64,000 nt of DNA from a virus (IMGVR_UViG_3300014204_000112:64001-128000); one strand, 5' to 3'; positions 19,787 through 30,763 are shown, counted from the stretch's first letter. Translations and numbers: made by a program. The notes: generated from the sequence alone by a model not told the origin.

Positions 19787-21661
19787 TTAGTTTGAATTTT
19801 CGGATTCAGGGTAAACGTCTCCCAAATCGGCAATTTTTTCAGGTTGTTTAACGTCAGGATAAACGTCTCCTAACGGTTCTACTGGTTTAACTGATTCCTT
19901 GTCAGGATACGCAAGGCCTATTATTGAAGCTTCTTCTTTTTCTGGATTTCCTGGATATACATCGCCTATTTCAGAAACGCTAGGACTTGTCAGGTCTCCT
20001 TGATATACGTCTCCGATTTCAGCAACCTGATTGGTAACTGGATCAATTGGGTAAGCATCTCCCATGTCAGAAATAGCAGGGGGAAGCGGCGGATCTGGAT
20101 AAACGTCTCCGATGTCGCTTACTGATGGAGTCTGTTGATCTTGGTAGAGATCTCCCATGCCTGAAATCGCTGGAGCTGGAGGTTCATCGGGATAAACATC
20201 TCCAATTGTCGAAGTTGCTGGAGCTGGAGGTTCATCTGGATAAACGTCTCCAATGTTAGGCGCTGGAGGAACTGGAGGTTCATTTGGGTAAACATCGCCA
20301 ATATTTGAAGCAGGCGGAACTGGCGGTTCAGTTGGGTAAATATCTCCAATTGTAGCCACCGGTATTCCAGGAGGATCCGTTGGATAAATGTCCCCAATAT
20401 TTTGAACTTCTAGCGTAACTTCGTCAGGATAGAGATCTCCAAGAGTATTAACCGGGGGTCCAGGTAAAATTGTTGGGTAAGTATCACCTAATGCAGCAAT
20501 TGCTGGTGTTACAGGAGTTCCCTGATAAGCTGAACCTATGCTTGCGACTGGAGCTTCGCTGGAATCTCCAGGATAAACGTCCTGATTCAGGTTACTGACC
20601 AATGGCGGACCTACAACTGGATTTCTACCGGTCAAATTTCCGCTAACATTATTCATGTCAGTCATGAATGCATTGAATCCTGAATAAGCATTTCCGATTA
20701 CCTTGGTTTCAACTATCGTTTGAATTTCGTTTAGCACGGATCCAACTATCGCACCAGGAAGTCTAGTAGCGGCTTGCATGAATCTCGTTATCGAACTATT
20801 AAGCGAATCCAGTACTCCAGAGAACATTCCCATCTGCCTGAATGCATGCGCTTCGGCCAAAGAAACTGGTTCCTGAATGACCCAACCAACGTTTATGTTG
20901 AAGGACGGAGCGAACGATTTTTCTTCGGTTGCAGTCTTGTGATCGGATTGACTTCCTCCCATGAATCCGCTAAAATCGAATTCGCACATCTTGCATCTGA
21001 ATTGAACTATCCTCAATCCTGAAGTAAGCTCATTTCCGTCCGCTTTGTAAAACTGCCCAGACTTATCGACTATGTCCCTAATTTCTACTAGGTCAATCAC
21101 CATGTCGAACCATCTTAGATTCTCTGGAACTCGGTATGCTAACCGTTCTTGATCGTAAATTGCGTATCGATAGTTTTCCGCCATTTCAGTTAATGGCTGC
21201 TTTATCGAATCCAAGCAGTTGACGATCACGGTAGTTTTCTGATTTCCTTCCTTAACTCTGTGCATAGATTTCCAAAGATCGCCTATCCCTTGGATGGATT
21301 GAAAATACCATGGAGAATCCTGAACTTGCTTTAGCTTCAATTTGAATTGCTTTAGCGCTAGCTGTGGATCCATTCCTGCATTGAAAGGATAACCACGATA
21401 ATACTCGTTCAACCAATCTTCAGTTGAGTACTCAACTATTTCGTTCGGACTTTTTGGAGAGAACGATGCGTCTAAGTTTTGAATTTCCTGAACAGTTTCT
21501 TTTAACAGTGAGGAATTAGTCAAGCCATCGAACCGAGGATACTGCTCGGACGGTGGAAAGAAATCGATCCTAAACGTTAGAAAAACCGGATCCTGAAAAT
21601 CATCGACCGACGATTTTATGAACAGGTTGGTTTTCTTTATTTCTTCTATTCCTCTAGCCAT
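19787..21661 (-). CDS. Virion structural protein with a C-terminal Pro-rich repeat region
   Basis: Located in the baseplate operon; N-terminal globular domain followed by about 17 GDVYP repeats. Confidence 0.7.
   Translation of the reverse strand: MARGIEEIKKTNLFIKSSVDDFQDPVFLTFRIDFFPPSEQYPRFDGLTNSSLLKETVQEIQNLDASFSPKSPNEIVEYSTEDWLNEYYRGYPFNAGMDPQLALKQFKLKLKQVQDSPWYFQSIQGIGDLWKSMHRVKEGNQKTTVIVNCLDSIKQPLTEMAENYRYAIYDQERLAYRVPENLRWFDMVIDLVEIRDIVDKSGQFYKADGNELTSGLRIVQFRCKMCEFDFSGFMGGSQSDHKTATEEKSFAPSFNINVGWVIQEPVSLAEAHAFRQMGMFSGVLDSLNSSITRFMQAATRLPGAIVGSVLNEIQTIVETKVIGNAYSGFNAFMTDMNNVSGNLTGRNPVVGPPLVSNLNQDVYPGDSSEAPVASIGSAYQGTPVTPAIAALGDTYPTILPGPPVNTLGDLYPDEVTLEVQNIGDIYPTDPPGIPVATIGDIYPTEPPVPPASNIGDVYPNEPPVPPAPNIGDVYPDEPPAPATSTIGDVYPDEPPAPAISGMGDLYQDQQTPSVSDIGDVYPDPPLPPAISDMGDAYPIDPVTNQVAEIGDVYQGDLTSPSVSEIGDVYPGNPEKEEASIIGLAYPDKESVKPVEPLGDVYPDVKQPEKIADLGDVYPESENSN
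19790..20585 (-). repeat. About 17 tandem 15-16-aa repeats (IGDVYPxxPPxPxxxx)
   Basis: Visible in the translation, and in the DNA as ggataaacgtctcc-like units. Confidence 0.9.
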
Positions 21662-23208
21662 TACACTTTAACTGTATTTTTTGCGGTAGGAATCATCCAA
21701 TGACGCCTAGATAAAGTTACTTCAGTTTGAAACTTTCCGTCGTAATACGAATAGTTGACTGACCTAACGTAGTAAAAATCGCTCAGGGCTTTGTCAAGTA
21801 TCATTGATTGAGGTTTACTGTCCAATGCAGGTATTCCAGTTTTGATGGTATTAAGCATTGGATCGTTGGTTCCATCGTCTGCCATTGTGTTAGCCATCAT
21901 CGCAGATGCTTTCGACATGTAAAGGTTGACACGTACTCTACTTCCACGCATTAGATTCACGCTGAATCCAGGAAGCGTCACATTCAAAATATTTTTTTCA
22001 GTTTCCAACCAATTATGGTGATTCAATAGTTCTGCGAACTTGTAAGAAGCATGAGCATTGTTGTAATCTATTCCGCTCCAAACGTTGGTAGAAATCTTTG
22101 GCCCATCATCTGGTTTTTCTACGGAATTGGTGTATTCGGGAATCTGAACAGTTTGTGGTGCCATGCCATCGTTCGAAACAGTTGAGGTCAACGGTTCTGC
22201 AAAATGGATTCGGTAATTGGCATCGTCCTGTTTGCTAGAATCTCCATTAGCTCCATGTTCGTACCAGTAAACGTATTTTCTGACAGCGTTTTTCTTTACG
22301 ATTTCTCCGTGATTGCTATCGATAGAAAAGTCCTTGATGAAAAATTCGGTCTGATTAGCTTCTGGGTAATTCGTCAAAATCATAGGAACTTCAACTTCTT
22401 CCTCTACGTTCTGTTCAGGATCTTGCCTACGTTTATCGATAACTGACTGATCCAAAGCTTGCCAACAAGTATCGATCTCTTCGTCCCTGCTGAATTGCTT
22501 TTCAACGTTCACAAAATTCAAAATGTAGTATCGATCTATGAAACAATCGAAAAAATTGCTATCGTCTCGATAAGCAAATTTCGAAACGTGATTCAAGAAT
22601 GATTTATACGTGTAATTCGGCATGATCCAAGTCATCGTATCGTTAGTTCCTTCTGCTTGGTTATCGGCGAATCCCAATTGCAATTCTCCAGCAACCTTTT
22701 GCATTACCTGTAATGAAGTCAGGTTAGCGTACGATTTGGAATAGTTTCCATAGAGAAACGGAACGTTCAACTCTCCGCTCAGGGTGTACACGATGGAGGT
22801 TGAATTAGGAATTGGCATGGACGAAATCGAAGTTATTAAAAAATCGGCAGCCATCGATTTCAGTTTCTTTAATGGGGACTGTATGAATACGCTGACGATT
22901 ATGTTTGATAGAGGGTAACCACGAGATGTAAAAACGTAACCGTTATCAATGATTGTTATCGAGATGGTCGGAAGTAGACCTTCTTGCCATATTTTCAAAG
23001 CTTTCACTGAATGCTTTGCAAGCCTAACTGCTCCGATCTGAACGACAGGTTCCATGAGACCTTCCCTCTGTTTGAAACCTGAGAGATTTCCCCTGAACAG
23101 TTGACGATCATTATCCTTAGCCTTACTACTTTCGAAATCTGCGTACTCGATTAAAGTTGGACGTATTGTAGCAGCCGATCGAACCAGTATCTTATTCTTT
23201 TCGGCCAT
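21661..23208 (-). CDS. Putative baseplate hub protein
   Basis: Lies between the gp53-like and gp5-like genes; motifs LQLGFADN, DTMTW and FIDRYYILNFVN. Confidence 0.55.
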   Translation of the reverse strand: MAEKNKILVRSAATIRPTLIEYADFESSKAKDNDRQLFRGNLSGFKQREGLMEPVVQIGAVRLAKHSVKALKIWQEGLLPTISITIIDNGYVFTSRGYPLSNIIVSVFIQSPLKKLKSMAADFLITSISSMPIPNSTSIVYTLSGELNVPFLYGNYSKSYANLTSLQVMQKVAGELQLGFADNQAEGTNDTMTWIMPNYTYKSFLNHVSKFAYRDDSNFFDCFIDRYYILNFVNVEKQFSRDEEIDTCWQALDQSVIDKRRQDPEQNVEEEVEVPMILTNYPEANQTEFFIKDFSIDSNHGEIVKKNAVRKYVYWYEHGANGDSSKQDDANYRIHFAEPLTSTVSNDGMAPQTVQIPEYTNSVEKPDDGPKISTNVWSGIDYNNAHASYKFAELLNHHNWLETEKNILNVTLPGFSVNLMRGSRVRVNLYMSKASAMMANTMADDGTNDPMLNTIKTGIPALDSKPQSMILDKALSDFYYVRSVNYSYYDGKFQTEVTLSRRHWMIPTAKNTVKV

Positions 23209-23209
23209 G

Positions 23210-23953
23210 TTATGCTAGCTTATTTTTTATCAGAGTTTCTTTTAGTTTTGCTCTAGAAACTGGTTCAGGACAATCTTCTTTCTTAACGTTGGTAACGTCA
23301 GATCCAAAAATGATCTTTCCATTAGCCAGTTTAACTCCACTGTCAAGCGCTACGTTTGGTGGAACTGGCGCAGAATTAGCTGCTTGGTAAGCAGAAGTCA
23401 ATGGTCCAGTTCCGGAGAAGTTTCCTCCTTGTATTATATTCGCTAATTGCCCGTTGAACCCTGTAAAGTTTCCGCTCTTCAATAAAGATTCAAGCTTTGC
23501 TAAATTACCGGAAACGGCATTTCCTCTCTGCAGCAAGTAAGCTAAGCGAGCTTTGTCTTTTCTGGTCTTTGGAGCAAGAACAACGTTAGTAGGCTTCTTT
23601 CTTATGCCGGTCAATCCAGCTGGAGTTCCTCCCAATCCCGTGCTCGCGCCAACGCTTCCAAATTTATTCAAATCCTCCGAGCTTGGAATCCTAATGATGT
23701 CGCCCGTGTTTATCGAAAATGGATTGGAATACCCGTTGTACTTCAAAAGAAGGTCAGCATATCCCTGATTCTGATAAAAATAATTGGCGATCAAGTCTGG
23801 GCGCATTGCTGTTTCTTCAGATACAACATAAGCCTTTCCTGTGTTCAATCTAACTCCAAGAAAAGAGACAGCCCTACGAATAAGGTCAACTACCACATCA
23901 CCGTTAGGCTTTGTGAAATTAGGTTTATTCGCTAATGTTTTTAAGTTAAGCAT
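23210..23953 (-). CDS. gp53: Baseplate wedge protein (gp53/LysM-like)
   Basis: RPDLIANYFY...LLKYNGYSNPFSINTGDIIRIP. Confidence 0.8.
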   Translation of the reverse strand: MLNLKTLANKPNFTKPNGDVVVDLIRRAVSFLGVRLNTGKAYVVSEETAMRPDLIANYFYQNQGYADLLLKYNGYSNPFSINTGDIIRIPSSEDLNKFGSVGASTGLGGTPAGLTGIRKKPTNVVLAPKTRKDKARLAYLLQRGNAVSGNLAKLESLLKSGNFTGFNGQLANIIQGGNFSGTGPLTSAYQAANSAPVPPNVALDSGVKLANGKIIFGSDVTNVKKEDCPEPVSRAKLKETLIKNKLA

Positions 23954-23962
23954 ATCACCACG

Positions 23963-25996
23963 TTAAGTTTTATCAGCTGCCCTATCGAAGTACAACCAGA
24001 GAAGCGAATCGTCCATCTTTCCATCTTGCGATTGATCGCCGGACACTTTGCCATTACCATCAACTGCAGCGTACCTATATGATTTTCGTATTCTGTTACG
24101 ATAACGGTCGAACGAATTAGTACCGAGAGTTTGAACGATTGACTGTTGTTCCTCTGTCGATAATCCTTTGGCTACTGCTGCCCAATCCTTATTATTCACT
24201 TCGCCAAACGTATCGTTAGCGGACGAAGGATTTCTCATCTTGTTGAACATCATCTTAGCTTCTCCCAAGTTGAACATTCTTTCGATGGACACCTTGTCTC
24301 TAGGCTTTCCTTGTGCCAGTTTCACTGTGAATGTGCAACCGGTTGGAAAATCATCAGGTCCCATTTCTTCGTCGAACTGCATTGTGCAATTGCTGCATAC
24401 CAAGTCTCCCATTACCATTATCGGATTCATTGGATTTCCTACGACCAAGTGCCATTCTCCTATTGGTCTATCAGATAAAGCCGATTTGATGGAGATCAAT
24501 TTAGGAATAGCGTCTGCCAATAGAGAAGCTGTTCCAGCTTGTAAAGTTTTAGCAGTAACCGCGCTCAATTTACTAAGATCTCCGCCCAATGCACTAGAAA
24601 ATATTTCTTGGCTAGATTCAACCGTTTGCTGCGTTGCTGATTTGATAGCATTTAGGATCGGAGATAATTTGTGAACAATTTCACCAAGGTCCCCATTGAA
24701 GTTAGTTCCCCAATCAGTTAACAATTTTCCCATAGTTTGAGTCATATTCTCATCGAATTTCACTCCAAGACGAGGAAAGTACCTAGCAAGCTGACCAAGA
24801 AACTGAGCATCATTGTACGTTAAGTTCAAGAAGCTAGAGATCAAATCTAGAGCTACTATCTTTGGACTAAGCCCATTGAACGAACGAAAAGAGTAATGGA
24901 AACTCAAGGTGAATGGGCTGTTCCAACCGTCCTGCATTCCTCTTGCTCTCCTTGTTGAGCTATTGATGACATTGACTGGACCATAAAGTCTATTCCAATA
25001 AGGTCCTTCTGACGTGTAGAGTTTTCTAGAGTATTCCTGTAATCTGGATTCTTGCTTGCTCAACTGTTGCAATTGAGTGTCTTCTCCGTTTAAGCCAACG
25101 TACAAAGCTTCCAGAGCTCCACCGACTTTTTCGAGACCCTTTATGTTTGAGAAAATGTTAACGATATCAGTGACAGTTACTTCATTTCCTTCTATCATTT
25201 GTGGTTCGTCAACTGTCAAGGTTTCCCAACGTAATCCCCAGTTCATTACTCCGATTTTCGAAAGAACGTTATCCGTTCCCTCTCCGAACCAAGTGACCGC
25301 CTGCGCGATCGGAACAGGATTCTTTTTTCCAGGAACACGAATGAGGTCATCGATAGGAAATGGATACCTACGCAAGGTTATCAGCCTATTGTTAGGGATC
25401 TTTCCGTAATTCTTACAGAACATGAAGTCCGTCATTGCGTACGGTTGAAAACCGGTCACGCTGTACATTGATTGCGAGCTAGCCCAGCTAATGATTGAGC
25501 TTGCAGTAGGATTGGCAAGGGTCGATGCATTCTTTATGGCATACGATTTAGCAGATAAGGCATAGTGATCCTTGAGAGCTAGGTTATCATTGATTGCTTT
25601 GTTAATGGCATCAGGAGATCTATTTTCGGCAATGGCTCTCTGTGCCATATCCTGATCGCTACGTATCTGGGCAGTAAGATCGTTCTGAATCGTGTTGTTT
25701 AGTTTGTCTGTGTATGGGTCAACCTTATTCTTTGAAGCATAACCAATAAAGTGAGCATCCGGTTGATAGACGGCACCGTTTATGAACTTGGAGTACTTAA
25801 AGATGGAGAACTTATTGAAAATGGAATCGACGTCAGCTGAGATGAGAGAACCTCCCGAAGAGGATTTATCACTTCTGTAACTGTCAGACAAGTCAATCAC
25901 CAAATCTTCCTTTGGGACTCTAGCCAGAGCTTCGAGGTAATTTATCCCGCTGAATATTTCTCCAACTGAGGTATTTGGTCCAATCGGTTTACTCAT
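23963..25996 (-). CDS. Baseplate/tail structural protein
   Basis: 677 aa at the head of the baseplate operon, behind an ATAAATA motif; WHLVVGNPMNPI and GPDDFPT. Confidence 0.55.
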   Translation of the reverse strand: MSKPIGPNTSVGEIFSGINYLEALARVPKEDLVIDLSDSYRSDKSSSGGSLISADVDSIFNKFSIFKYSKFINGAVYQPDAHFIGYASKNKVDPYTDKLNNTIQNDLTAQIRSDQDMAQRAIAENRSPDAINKAINDNLALKDHYALSAKSYAIKNASTLANPTASSIISWASSQSMYSVTGFQPYAMTDFMFCKNYGKIPNNRLITLRRYPFPIDDLIRVPGKKNPVPIAQAVTWFGEGTDNVLSKIGVMNWGLRWETLTVDEPQMIEGNEVTVTDIVNIFSNIKGLEKVGGALEALYVGLNGEDTQLQQLSKQESRLQEYSRKLYTSEGPYWNRLYGPVNVINSSTRRARGMQDGWNSPFTLSFHYSFRSFNGLSPKIVALDLISSFLNLTYNDAQFLGQLARYFPRLGVKFDENMTQTMGKLLTDWGTNFNGDLGEIVHKLSPILNAIKSATQQTVESSQEIFSSALGGDLSKLSAVTAKTLQAGTASLLADAIPKLISIKSALSDRPIGEWHLVVGNPMNPIMVMGDLVCSNCTMQFDEEMGPDDFPTGCTFTVKLAQGKPRDKVSIERMFNLGEAKMMFNKMRNPSSANDTFGEVNNKDWAAVAKGLSTEEQQSIVQTLGTNSFDRYRNRIRKSYRYAAVDGNGKVSGDQSQDGKMDDSLLWLYFDRAADKT

Positions 25997-26064
25997 TGAA
26001 TGTGTCCTTATTTCTGATTATTTATTTAGGACAAACCGGAATGAGCTAAAGTAAGATGAAGTAA

Positions 26065-26838
26065 CTAATGATTAACGTAAAATAAGTGATCTAGGATCAT
26101 CCGATCATCTCGTGAAATCAAGATCAGGTTAGGTATTTCATTCCACCTTCTTTCGGCATTTCCGCCGGTTCCCCTAGCCAGTTGAACGGTTATTGCTTTC
26201 TGTTTCAAATAACTCAGAGCCTCATCGTACTCGCCGTAATTCACGAGATTTTCGACTTCTGTTGCATCGCTAGGAGCGAGCTGAACTCTGTAAATTATCG
26301 GCCATCTTTGTGGATTAGCTTGGGCTCTCATTTTTAACATTTTGATGATGCCATTGTATTTCTTTCTGGCTGCGGTTTCTGTTCCCTCCTTAGGTAATAG
26401 ACCAACATGAAATAGTTCGTCGAAATCTGCCCAGTCAGCAGCTTCTGCAGGTTCCTCGATGAAAGAATCGATTCCTAAACAGTCAGCTAATCCGAAGTAC
26501 CATTTTGGTTGAGCAGTTGATAGTGATTCGTTAAAAGCAGCAAATGAGGTTATTGCTCTGTTAGATTTCATTCTCTCGTTAATTTCGTCTTTTTCGTCAT
26601 GCTCAACATAAGCTTCCAAGTTATCACCATATAGCCCAGGAATAACTGTCCTGTTCTCTCCATTTATTTCAATTGCTCTTTCTAGCGTTACTTCGTACCG
26701 TTTCACATCCGGTTCGTAACGAGTCGAATAAACTTCGCTCACCTTAGCCTTCGCACCGGCAATTGCTTGAAATAGCTCGCTCTTTAATTCTTCGCCATCC
26801 GCTTTTATTCTAACTACGTCGTCAACGTTAAATTCCAT
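26065..26838 (-). CDS. Hypothetical protein
   Basis: Internal motif AITSFAAFNES. Confidence 0.65.
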   Translation of the reverse strand: MEFNVDDVVRIKADGEELKSELFQAIAGAKAKVSEVYSTRYEPDVKRYEVTLERAIEINGENRTVIPGLYGDNLEAYVEHDEKDEINERMKSNRAITSFAAFNESLSTAQPKWYFGLADCLGIDSFIEEPAEAADWADFDELFHVGLLPKEGTETAARKKYNGIIKMLKMRAQANPQRWPIIYRVQLAPSDATEVENLVNYGEYDEALSYLKQKAITVQLARGTGGNAERRWNEIPNLILISRDDRMILDHLFYVNH

Positions 26839-28438
26839 TCTTTGGAGTCTTATTTTCGTTAAGGAACTGTGAGAAGTTCATTATTGTCATATTGTCCTCG
26901 TAAACACTACGATGCTTCTTTTTCTTCTTTTTCTTTCCCATGTTGAAATCACCAGATCCTAACGAGTTTTCGGTAGGAACTCTAATTGCACCAGCTCTGC
27001 TTATCGAACCGGGAACTTGCATAGAAACTCCAGGAGCGACTCCGCTGTCTCCATCTTCTGTGATAGGAGCAATTGCAGGTTTCTTATCCAGGACATTTGG
27101 TCCAGGGATGAACATCCTAGAAATAGCATCAGCTTTCATCTCTCCTTCTCTTCCACCGAACAAGCGGCCTATGAACTTGGCTGCAGTGTTCAATGTTTTT
27201 GCATAGGCTCCATGAGTCTTTTCTCCAAAATCGGCCCATGCTCTTCCAGCAGATGTCATTTCTGGTTGAGCTGCAGGAAATGCACCGAGAACCGAAGTCA
27301 ACCACTTCCTGAATTTCATTAGTGCAGAAGAATCGGCAATTTGTTGACCAGTAACAGGCAGAGTAGTCAATTCGTGAAGCTTGAGTTTTGTGTTGAACTT
27401 GTAATGAATTCCCTTAGCTTTTCCAAGGTCCATTGACTTGTCCCTTACTCTATTGAGAAGCTCGTCAACCATTTTGGCAAGCTCATCAGTCAAGTACTGA
27501 ATGATTTCGGAAATTGACTGAGTATGAAACTTATTGTTCGTTCCGCGTAGACCATTGATCTGCTTTTTGATCTGATCGGCTTCTGAGTAAATTTCTTCCT
27601 TCGTGGTAAACAGTTTGTACCTCATGTCAAGGATCCTACGTAAGATCACAGCTTCCTGTTTGTTACGTAAAGCTTCTTCCTTTACTCGATTGAAGTTTTC
27701 TTCTCCAATCTCGGTTTTTATGGTCTGTTCGGCTTTCGCCTTCGCTTGCTTTTCTCCAGTCTGTACTTCAGGCGGGTACATTTCGATGACTTGATCAGCT
27801 GAGTCAAATGCATCAATGATTTTCCTAGCGCTGTCAAATTTTTCTTCTTGATCGGAATCTGGGCTTTCGACTATGGAGATTTCAGGTTTCACCTTATCTC
27901 CAAGGGTTGTCAAAAAGTCCATGTACTGACCGGCGAATTCCATTTTTAGAGCAGTGATTGCTTGAAGAACTTCGTCAGCGATGCGCTTAATTTCTTCGCT
28001 GTTTATGAGCTTAAATGCAGAGTAAACTTTTTCTAAAACCTGAATCCTAGCAGCTATCCTTATTTTTACAAGCATCAGTTCTTCTAACCTAGCAGTATTG
28101 ATAGGATCGTCCGACATTATTGATTGAATTTCGGAATCAACGTCGGCTGCTCTGCTTTTACAGTAAGCTATGTAGCGCTTGATTTTTTCCTTGGAGAATT
28201 CGGTTCCTAGTTCTTTTTCGAAGATTGGTCTCTTTAGGTCCTGGGCAATATCAACTATTCCTCTTTCGAGAAGCTGGTCTATCAGGTAATCGACTTCGTT
28301 CCAATTATCACTAGCCTCGCCACCAGTTTCTTTCTTGTCACCGACTTTGGCTAGAGCGTCCCCAATCTTGATGATGTCAGACTCTAGTAATAAATCCTCG
28401 AATTGTTGAATTCTGTTTATCTTTAGAAACATTCTCAA
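26828..28438 (-). CDS. Helical hypothetical protein, probable head-internal protein
   Basis: N-terminal IQQFEDLLLES and C-terminal IMNFSQFLNE motifs; poly-Lys tract. Confidence 0.7.
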   Translation of the reverse strand: MRMFLKINRIQQFEDLLLESDIIKIGDALAKVGDKKETGGEASDNWNEVDYLIDQLLERGIVDIAQDLKRPIFEKELGTEFSKEKIKRYIAYCKSRAADVDSEIQSIMSDDPINTARLEELMLVKIRIAARIQVLEKVYSAFKLINSEEIKRIADEVLQAITALKMEFAGQYMDFLTTLGDKVKPEISIVESPDSDQEEKFDSARKIIDAFDSADQVIEMYPPEVQTGEKQAKAKAEQTIKTEIGEENFNRVKEEALRNKQEAVILRRILDMRYKLFTTKEEIYSEADQIKKQINGLRGTNNKFHTQSISEIIQYLTDELAKMVDELLNRVRDKSMDLGKAKGIHYKFNTKLKLHELTTLPVTGQQIADSSALMKFRKWLTSVLGAFPAAQPEMTSAGRAWADFGEKTHGAYAKTLNTAAKFIGRLFGGREGEMKADAISRMFIPGPNVLDKKPAIAPITEDGDSGVAPGVSMQVPGSISRAGAIRVPTENSLGSGDFNMGKKKKKKKHRSVYEDNMTIMNFSQFLNENKTPKNGI

Positions 28439-28440
28439 AA

Positions 28441-28905
28441 TTATTTCATTTGTAATAGGTACTGAACTTTGTTCTTCAGGCTGAGCATTTCGTCAACTAT
28501 ACTGAAGAGCTCAGAATCCTTATCTCTGTCGAATATCTGGTAGAACATTTCTCTGAGAATGCTGTCCACCAATTGCCAAAATGCTGGCAAAGCAATCTCA
28601 TAATCGTAAAGCATTACCGAAGCTTGCCCGAATTTCAACTTATCTTTACCGTACTTCCCTGCGATCGCTTCGATCAGCACATCCATCTGGCCGATGAACG
28701 TATCATAGAACATGTCAAAATGCCTGTGTTCAGTATCGAATCCGGTCTGAAGATGAATAATTTTAGCTTGATCAGCTATCTGAAACAACGAGAGCATGAA
28801 AACTGCTACTGTTGATTCTTTTTGACCCTGTGGCTCGGTTACGTCAGGCGCATCCTGTTCCAACTGAGGATCTTCCGGAACAGTTAAAGCTTCGATCTTA
28901 AACAT
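28441..28905 (-). CDS. Ferritin-like four-helix bundle protein (DUF5856-like)
   Basis: KIIHLQT...EH..FD..Y, D..IE..AGKYG and DEML...NK..YLL. Confidence 0.65.
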   Translation of the reverse strand: MFKIEALTVPEDPQLEQDAPDVTEPQGQKESTVAVFMLSLFQIADQAKIIHLQTGFDTEHRHFDMFYDTFIGQMDVLIEAIAGKYGKDKLKFGQASVMLYDYEIALPAFWQLVDSILREMFYQIFDRDKDSELFSIVDEMLSLKNKVQYLLQMK

Positions 28906-29089
28906 TTTTCTGTGTACGAATTTTTTGATTTTTCTCCCACTTGGCGAACGGAATCACCCAGAAATTACGTTCGACTTTGCTTTTTACGTAATCGTAAACT
29001 GGGTTACCCTCAGGGTGCTGGAGTACAGCATTCTTCAAAGGTTCCTTACCTGCACGGTAATTCTTAGCGTTCTGGTGAGTTTTTTCCAT
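28898..29089 (-). CDS. Small hypothetical protein
   Basis: Follows an ATAAATA motif and overlaps the next gene. Confidence 0.55.
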   Translation of the reverse strand: MEKTHQNAKNYRAGKEPLKNAVLQHPEGNPVYDYVKSKVERNFWVIPFAKWEKNQKIRTQKNV

Positions 29090-29191
29090 ATCAGGATTAT
29101 TTATTAGCGGAGCCTACAAATAAACTGGTATCAAAACTTTATTTCAAGTGTTAATAAAATAGATACATAAAACTGTAATAACGTAACGTTA

Positions 29192-30763
29192 ATGAAATTT
29201 GAAGATTTAACCCAAGAGCACATCCAGACGATTTCCCAGTTATACAGGAACACGGAACTCAGTTGGGATGAACGAATGAATAGATTGAGCAACTACCTTA
29301 ACAAATCAGAACGCACAGTTGCCAAATGGTTATCCCGATTTGGATTGACCGAGCGATCTATAATCGAATCACCGCAGTTAATAAAAGCAAAGGAACGCCA
29401 GCTTGGTGAAAAGAAGCGGTTCCTGATTACTTGGGCTCAAAACGATACTCCGGTAAACGAAGCTTTCATTTCCAACATGGAAAAGTACGCGGACCATATC
29501 GATGCTGACATCCACGTGATTGCCGGCCGATACAAGAATCCAACCTCAATCTTTACTGATAAGAATTACGACACCTGGGCGGAACGCATAGAGGAATACC
29601 TAGATGCTAACCGACACAATGTTCACAAGCACATGTGGATCATGTCAGACATCAAGATTCAACCGACTGCAACAGACCCGATGACGGGTCTTCGTGGTTT
29701 AACTGGAGTGAACTCTTGCGTGTTTGGATCGCCAAAGGTTCAGTTCGAGACCGTTCCTGTTCTCGAAGGAAACCTTCCGAAGATCATGATGACCACCGGA
29801 GCTTGCACAGTAAGGAACTACACCGACTCCAAATTAGGAAAGAAGGGAGAATTCCATCACACTTTGGGATTTGTCATCATTGAAATCAAGGATGATTCTA
29901 CATTCTTTGTTAGGCAGATAACTGCTACAGATGATGGAAACTTTACTGACCTGAACACAAAAGTCCAGTACGATTTCGAAAAGCAAGAAAGCTCCATCAG
30001 CAAGGTGGACAAGCTTGCAGCAATCATTTTCGGAGACATCCACTTCGGCCAGCATGATCAAATGGTAGTCGACAAGACTTTAGAATTCATGGAGATCATG
30101 AAGCCAGAAAACGTTGTTCTTCATGACGTGTTCGATGGGCTTTCGATAAATCACCATGACATCAAGAATCCGTTCATCCAGTACGAACGCGAAATGAATG
30201 GGACTAATTCCCTAAAGGACGAAGTTGAGTCAATGCTAGAAGGTCTCGAAGATTTCGATGGAACTTTCAAGACCATCATCATTCGTGGAAATCACGATGA
30301 CTTCCTGGATCGTTGGCTGCAAACGTCGGACTGGCGAAAGAATGGAACCTTGAAGAACTCTCTCGAGTACATGGAATACGCTTCGCTCATTCTCAGCGGA
30401 AAAGCCAAGAGCGGAGTCATCCCGTACCTCATCAAGCAGAGATTTCCAGATTTCATAACTCTTGATCGCAATGACAGCTATGTCATTAAGGACTGGGAAC
30501 TCGGACAACACGGAGATCTTGGAACGAATGGAACGTGCGGTTCCATCAATCAATATAGGAACCTGAACACAAAAATTATTGTTGGTCACTATCATTCACC
30601 TGGCAGGAAGGACGGCGCACTCGCCGTGGGGACTTCGACCAAGTTAAGAGTTAACTATAACTTCGGACCTAGCAGTTGGCTGCAATCACATGTGATAGTC
30701 CATGAGGACGGTAAGGCTCAACATATCAACTTCACGAATGGGGAATTCACGACCCTATTATAA
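29192..30763 (+). CDS. T5 A1-like metallophosphoesterase/nuclease with an N-terminal HTH-like segment
   Basis: AQNDTP, TTGACT..NY and HH.LG, plus calcineurin-like motifs GDIH, HDVFDG, GNHD, HGD and GHYHSP. Confidence 0.78.
   Translation: MKFEDLTQEHIQTISQLYRNTELSWDERMNRLSNYLNKSERTVAKWLSRFGLTERSIIESPQLIKAKERQLGEKKRFLITWAQNDTPVNEAFISNMEKYADHIDADIHVIAGRYKNPTSIFTDKNYDTWAERIEEYLDANRHNVHKHMWIMSDIKIQPTATDPMTGLRGLTGVNSCVFGSPKVQFETVPVLEGNLPKIMMTTGACTVRNYTDSKLGKKGEFHHTLGFVIIEIKDDSTFFVRQITATDDGNFTDLNTKVQYDFEKQESSISKVDKLAAIIFGDIHFGQHDQMVVDKTLEFMEIMKPENVVLHDVFDGLSINHHDIKNPFIQYEREMNGTNSLKDEVESMLEGLEDFDGTFKTIIIRGNHDDFLDRWLQTSDWRKNGTLKNSLEYMEYASLILSGKAKSGVIPYLIKQRFPDFITLDRNDSYVIKDWELGQHGDLGTNGTCGSINQYRNLNTKIIVGHYHSPGRKDGALAVGTSTKLRVNYNFGPSSWLQSHVIVHEDGKAQHINFTNGEFTTLL

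Noticed and set aside
19790-20585. ~48-bp periodic DNA repeats as a possible CRISPR array
   Set aside because: The units are degenerate at synonymous positions and lie in frame within a CDS, so they are protein repeats
26065-26140. Possible 1-nt frameshift at the 3' end of the 257-aa ORF
   Set aside because: The tail looks atypical, but this cannot be supported without homologues
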